Below, in pieces: positions 60,213 through 64,000 of a stretch of 64,000 bases of DNA. The notes under the pieces are model-generated. The model had not been told where the DNA came from and ran no database searches. It saw only the letters and a program-made list of their open reading frames with translations. The stretch lies in the NCBI GenBank assembly GCA_963754925.1, contig CAVWHX010000011.1:64001-128000 (forward strand), read 5' to 3'. The DNA comes from an uncultured delta proteobacterium (GTDB lineage Bacteria; Myxococcota; B64-G9). The translations under genes and the position numbers were made by a program. The stretch's first letter is position 1. Each line of letters starts with the position of its first letter.

Positions 60213-61757
60213 CTATGGCGAGAACAACTGGGCGCCCCCCGACAGTGTTACTCCCCCATTTGCGGCAAGATCTAATCCACCCACCAGGAGAATCGAACCA
60301 TCCAGCAATTGAGAAGACGCCATCCCGATCGGGCCGATGCTCAGTAGTTCATTTGACGTAATCGGAGCGCTGGTTGCGTTCGTCGTATCCAGGATTTCGA
60401 GATCCATGGTTGCCGTGAAGTCCGCGGTAAATCCTCCGGCCAGTAAAACCGTTCCATCCGGCAGCGTCTCGGCCGCATGGTACGCACGCGGACGGGTCAG
60501 TTGAATTTGCGACACGGCCGGTGAGTTATTGGTCCAGGTTATGCTAAAACCTACATCGGACACGCCCGAACCGATATTGTCGAAAACCCCTCCTGCCATG
60601 GTAGCGCCGGTTGACCCGATCGGAGTAAGGGTGTGGCCTGCAACGGCCGAGATAGCATTATTTGGCGGAGAAAGCTGTGCGAGCGTATCCGATTTAAGCA
60701 ATTCCAAGGTAGGAGAATTGTCGGCATTGCCGCCCGCCACCAGAACGCCCGGCGCTAATGACACCGCTTGCGCCCCACTTCTGGCCGTGATGAGCTGTGC
60801 GGAGGAATCCACCTCCCAATCGCCGCTGGGCAGCGACTGTACTATCTCATCGCTGCGTATCAAGTTGGTGCGTCCACCAAGCACAACCACCTGGGTACCA
60901 TCCAACACGGCCGCGGCATCCGAGCGTTGCAGCGCAGCGAAGACACCGAGCGACTCAAAACTATTGGTCGCGGGATCAAACACCTCGGCCGACGACACCA
61001 ATGTCTCGGCGTCAGCCAACAAAAGCGGACGCATTATCCCCGATGGATCCAAGGTGGCGCTTCCCGACCCGCCGACCAGAAGGATTTTCCCATCACTCAA
61101 GGTCAATGCACGATGCAACCCACGGCAGCCGGCCGCCAGGGGAATAGATTGAGAGAACATGGCGGTACCCGGATCATACAGCACGGCATCGCACGCCGCT
61201 TGCAGCTTGACGACGTTATCCGTTATGGTGCCTTGGGTAAATCCGCCGGCCACTAAAACGCGGCCGTTCGATAAGAGCGTGGCGCTTGAGAACGCACGCG
61301 GCGCGGGCAAGGAACCCCGGATTGGGTTCAATCGCTGCCCACGCTGGGTCACATAAATCGGCACGGGCACCTCTTGGCCTTCGATCACCGCCACGCCAAA
61401 AGATTCTCCCTGCCAACCAGGGGTACCGCTACAGTCAGCGCTTTCATACCCGTTGACGATAATCGTGGTGTTTACTCCCGGCGCCAGATCATACGGCAGG
61501 GACGTGCGCTCGGCAGCATTCGCCGCGATGGTTAGACAACTCGTATCGGTAAGGACCGTGCCGTCTCGCGAAAACTCAATCTCAATGCTTTGTAGTTCTG
61601 CGCTCAACCCGCCTGAATTTTGAGAAGCTTGTTGCACGTTCGCAACTCTCACGTATACCGCAACGTGAGAATCTGTCGTCGAACCGCACCCCACCCAGCA
61701 CAAGGAAAGTAGAGCTATCGAGACGCTCAAACCATGGCTCACCAATTCTTTGATCAC
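60213..61757 (-). CDS. Kelch-repeat lipoprotein
   Basis: VGC lipobox; repeated L.DG.VL..GG motifs. Confidence 0.85.
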   Translation of the reverse strand: MIKELVSHGLSVSIALLSLCWVGCGSTTDSHVAVYVRVANVQQASQNSGGLSAELQSIEIEFSRDGTVLTDTSCLTIAANAAERTSLPYDLAPGVNTTIIVNGYESADCSGTPGWQGESFGVAVIEGQEVPVPIYVTQRGQRLNPIRGSLPAPRAFSSATLLSNGRVLVAGGFTQGTITDNVVKLQAACDAVLYDPGTAMFSQSIPLAAGCRGLHRALTLSDGKILLVGGSGSATLDPSGIMRPLLLADAETLVSSAEVFDPATNSFESLGVFAALQRSDAAAVLDGTQVVVLGGRTNLIRSDEIVQSLPSGDWEVDSSAQLITARSGAQAVSLAPGVLVAGGNADNSPTLELLKSDTLAQLSPPNNAISAVAGHTLTPIGSTGATMAGGVFDNIGSGVSDVGFSITWTNNSPAVSQIQLTRPRAYHAAETLPDGTVLLAGGFTADFTATMDLEILDTTNATSAPITSNELLSIGPIGMASSQLLDGSILLVGGLDLAANGGVTLSGGAQLFSP

Positions 61758-61808
61758 GTATAATTCTCCCTTCTAAACATCAGTGCGACGAGGGCACGGC
61801 CGCTATTT

Positions 61809-62885
61809 TTAGAATTCGATGAGAACCCTGCCTTTGCCAGAAGGGATTCCTCCACTCTTGCTGGAGCTTACCCCGACTACTATCCCGACGGTTCCAAGCA
61901 CAATCGCGACGCCAATAGCAGCCCAAAACACCCATTGCTTATAAAATGGTTTTGCCCCAAAAGGTCCTGAGGCTTCTGCTACCGGCATACCGGACGCCTG
62001 CCCGCCTCCCGGCGGCGATTCCATTCCCGTTGGTGAGAAAACCTCCGGCGCCGACTTTGCCGGCGCTTCGAGCGACGCAGCCGGAACGCCCGTTCCTGCT
62101 GGTGTTGCCGCCCCGCCTTTGGACGTATCGACCGCGACGCCCGGTTTCTTGCTTGCATCCGGCCCGACACCGGCAGCCGTCATTCCTTCCGGATCTAACG
62201 CAAGTTCCACCACGACGACGCTGGAGGCGTTTATCTGAATATGACGTTGCGCCGGTTGATATCCAGCCAACGACACCTCGATCTTGTGGGTGCCTTTAGC
62301 AAATTCTTGGTCAAGGGTGAGCGGTGTTTTACCGACGTTTCGACCGTCGAGCACAACCCGCGCACCGGGGACGTTGGTTACCACCTTCAACCGGCTTCGG
62401 AAGGTCGAACCAAAAATTTCGAGCCAGCCTTTTTCGATGGCCTCCTGTACCGCCCCCGGTGTCGCTTCGGCGGGCTGCCGAGACTGCGTAAGAACCTTTT
62501 TAGTGCTTACATCGATCTGCGTTATAACGACCAGGAACCGCCCCGGCAACTTCTGAATCCCGGCGTGAACGACCATGTCGGCCGACACTGCGCTGCCAAC
62601 CTCGGCAAGGCATTCCGGAGTTGCGCCGATACAACCGGCTTGTTGTCGAAGATGGTCTCCGTCCGCGACCGACTGGGGCAAGACGGTTAGGTATGCATAA
62701 CGCTCGGCCAGCTTCTTCAGCTCTACGGAAAGAGCCGAAAGCTGCTCCTGTTCATACGCGTTACTCTCAGGTCCAAGAATCAGCAAACGAACCGGCTTGA
62801 CCGTAAGTTCCTGAGACCATGCCAAAGAGGCATGTGCTATCCCACCTACGACCAATGCCGCTGTCAGCACTTTTATCACCCTCAT
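61809..62885 (-). CDS. PEGA domain membrane protein
   Basis: Signal peptide, PGARVVLDGRNVGKTP, PFYKQWVFW + C-terminal TM. Confidence 0.88.
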   Translation of the reverse strand: MRVIKVLTAALVVGGIAHASLAWSQELTVKPVRLLILGPESNAYEQEQLSALSVELKKLAERYAYLTVLPQSVADGDHLRQQAGCIGATPECLAEVGSAVSADMVVHAGIQKLPGRFLVVITQIDVSTKKVLTQSRQPAEATPGAVQEAIEKGWLEIFGSTFRSRLKVVTNVPGARVVLDGRNVGKTPLTLDQEFAKGTHKIEVSLAGYQPAQRHIQINASSVVVVELALDPEGMTAAGVGPDASKKPGVAVDTSKGGAATPAGTGVPAASLEAPAKSAPEVFSPTGMESPPGGGQASGMPVAEASGPFGAKPFYKQWVFWAAIGVAIVLGTVGIVVGVSSSKSGGIPSGKGRVLIEF

Positions 62886-63048
62886 GAAATTTCCTTTCAA
62901 ATTTTTGATACGGTTATTGTATCTGTTTTTTGCCGAGCGTGTCAAACCTATGAACATATATAGATACCCTTGATACTGCACCTGCTTGACACCCTGTGAT
63001 CCCTTCCCTAAAATATCGACGGATTGTGTACAATTTCTGGAGCAGTGC

Positions 63049-63852
63049 ATGCCACGCTTTGAGGTATCGAGCCCTCTATTAAAAACGGTAACGGCCGACA
63101 TGATGTTTCGACTTGAAGCCGAAAGTTGGCTCGGCGCTTTAAAGCAGGGTTATCAGAGGATCATTAAACGGATTCAAACAAACCCCAACGCCTTGTGCGA
63201 TATTCAAGAAGATAATAGCATTTACGTTACCGACACCGACACCGCCGGGTCTTTTCGTATACGCCAGTTGGAGACAACCGACGCCAACACTTCCCCCATT
63301 GCGGCACCCTCCAGAGCTTCAATCGGCCGCGTTACGGGAGTCTCATCCGAGTCCGTGGTCGATTTACTGGAAGAGATCTTCCAAAATACAAACGCGCTTT
63401 TCGAACAGCCGAGTCGAGAAAAAGCGCTGTATTTCATGCTCGATCTCGCCCTGCGGACGATCGGTACCGACGCTGGTTCGATCTTCATTAAAAGACGTAA
63501 TTCCGAGAAATTGTTTCCCTGCGCGGCTCGCGGTCCGAAGGTCAACGACGTGATGAAGTATCGAATTTCAGTGGGGTTCGAAGCAGCAACCTTTTGCACA
63601 ACCGAGGATATTGGCCTGACGTTGTCTGATGTTATCAAAAGCAACTCGTTCTATAAGACGACCAGCGAAAACATCGGCTATTTGATCCGTTCGATCCTTT
63701 GGGTGCCGATGAAAGGCAATGACGTCACCGTCGGCGCCCTCGAACTCATCAACAAGAAAAAGTCTGATATGTTTTCTGAGCGCGACCTCAATGCCGCTCG
63801 CTTCATTGCCGATCAATTGGGGGCGTATCTCCTACAGCATGGAGAGGTATAG
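63049..63852 (+). CDS. GAF domain protein
   Basis: DAGSIF, RSILWVPM, GALELINKK..FSERD. Confidence 0.85.
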   Translation: MPRFEVSSPLLKTVTADMMFRLEAESWLGALKQGYQRIIKRIQTNPNALCDIQEDNSIYVTDTDTAGSFRIRQLETTDANTSPIAAPSRASIGRVTGVSSESVVDLLEEIFQNTNALFEQPSREKALYFMLDLALRTIGTDAGSIFIKRRNSEKLFPCAARGPKVNDVMKYRISVGFEAATFCTTEDIGLTLSDVIKSNSFYKTTSENIGYLIRSILWVPMKGNDVTVGALELINKKKSDMFSERDLNAARFIADQLGAYLLQHGEV

Positions 63853-64000
63853 CTATCATCGCTTTGCAAAACCTGCGCTATCGGTGTATACAACGGGATA
63901 GCCGTAGAGATGACGGTTATTTGGTGGACGAGAATAGTCGTTTCGGAGGGAGCCACCTCGTGAAGTTCGTCGCGCCGTTGCTGGGTATCATTTTCTTTTC

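Noticed and set aside
1..64000. tRNA, rRNA, prophage or integrase genes
   Set aside because: None recognised by eye; a tRNAscan/Rfam run would be needed to exclude small RNAs.

Overview
Bacterial chromosome segment, probably deltaproteobacterial/Myxococcota-like (inferred from spoIID-queA-tgt-yajC-secD-secF-recJ synteny and PilZ, PEGA and DUF4159 genes). Positions 0.6-9.9 kb hold an intact housekeeping operon. Positions ~10-42 kb are an accessory region with many frameshifted genes and gene fragments. It includes a decaying integron-type cassette array (five attC-like sites, no intI in the window) carrying an ApeA-like HEPN nuclease and a RelA/SpoT-HEPN fusion. It also includes an IS3-family element splitting a Cys-rich lipoprotein gene, and a complete 3.7-kb IS1-family element with 8-bp TSD and cargo genes (a DUF5678-like/retropepsin pair among them). 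Three MITEs share that element's terminal repeats. A ~55-bp structured repeat family is present in one MITE at TA sites that are empty in a sister MITE, suggesting a three-tier mobile-element system. Positions 42-64 kb hold tex, a REP cluster, acyl-CoA metabolism genes, and a mosaic array of three alpha/beta-hydrolase lipoprotein genes with homologous long AT-rich leaders. All family assignments come from recognised motifs; no searches were run.
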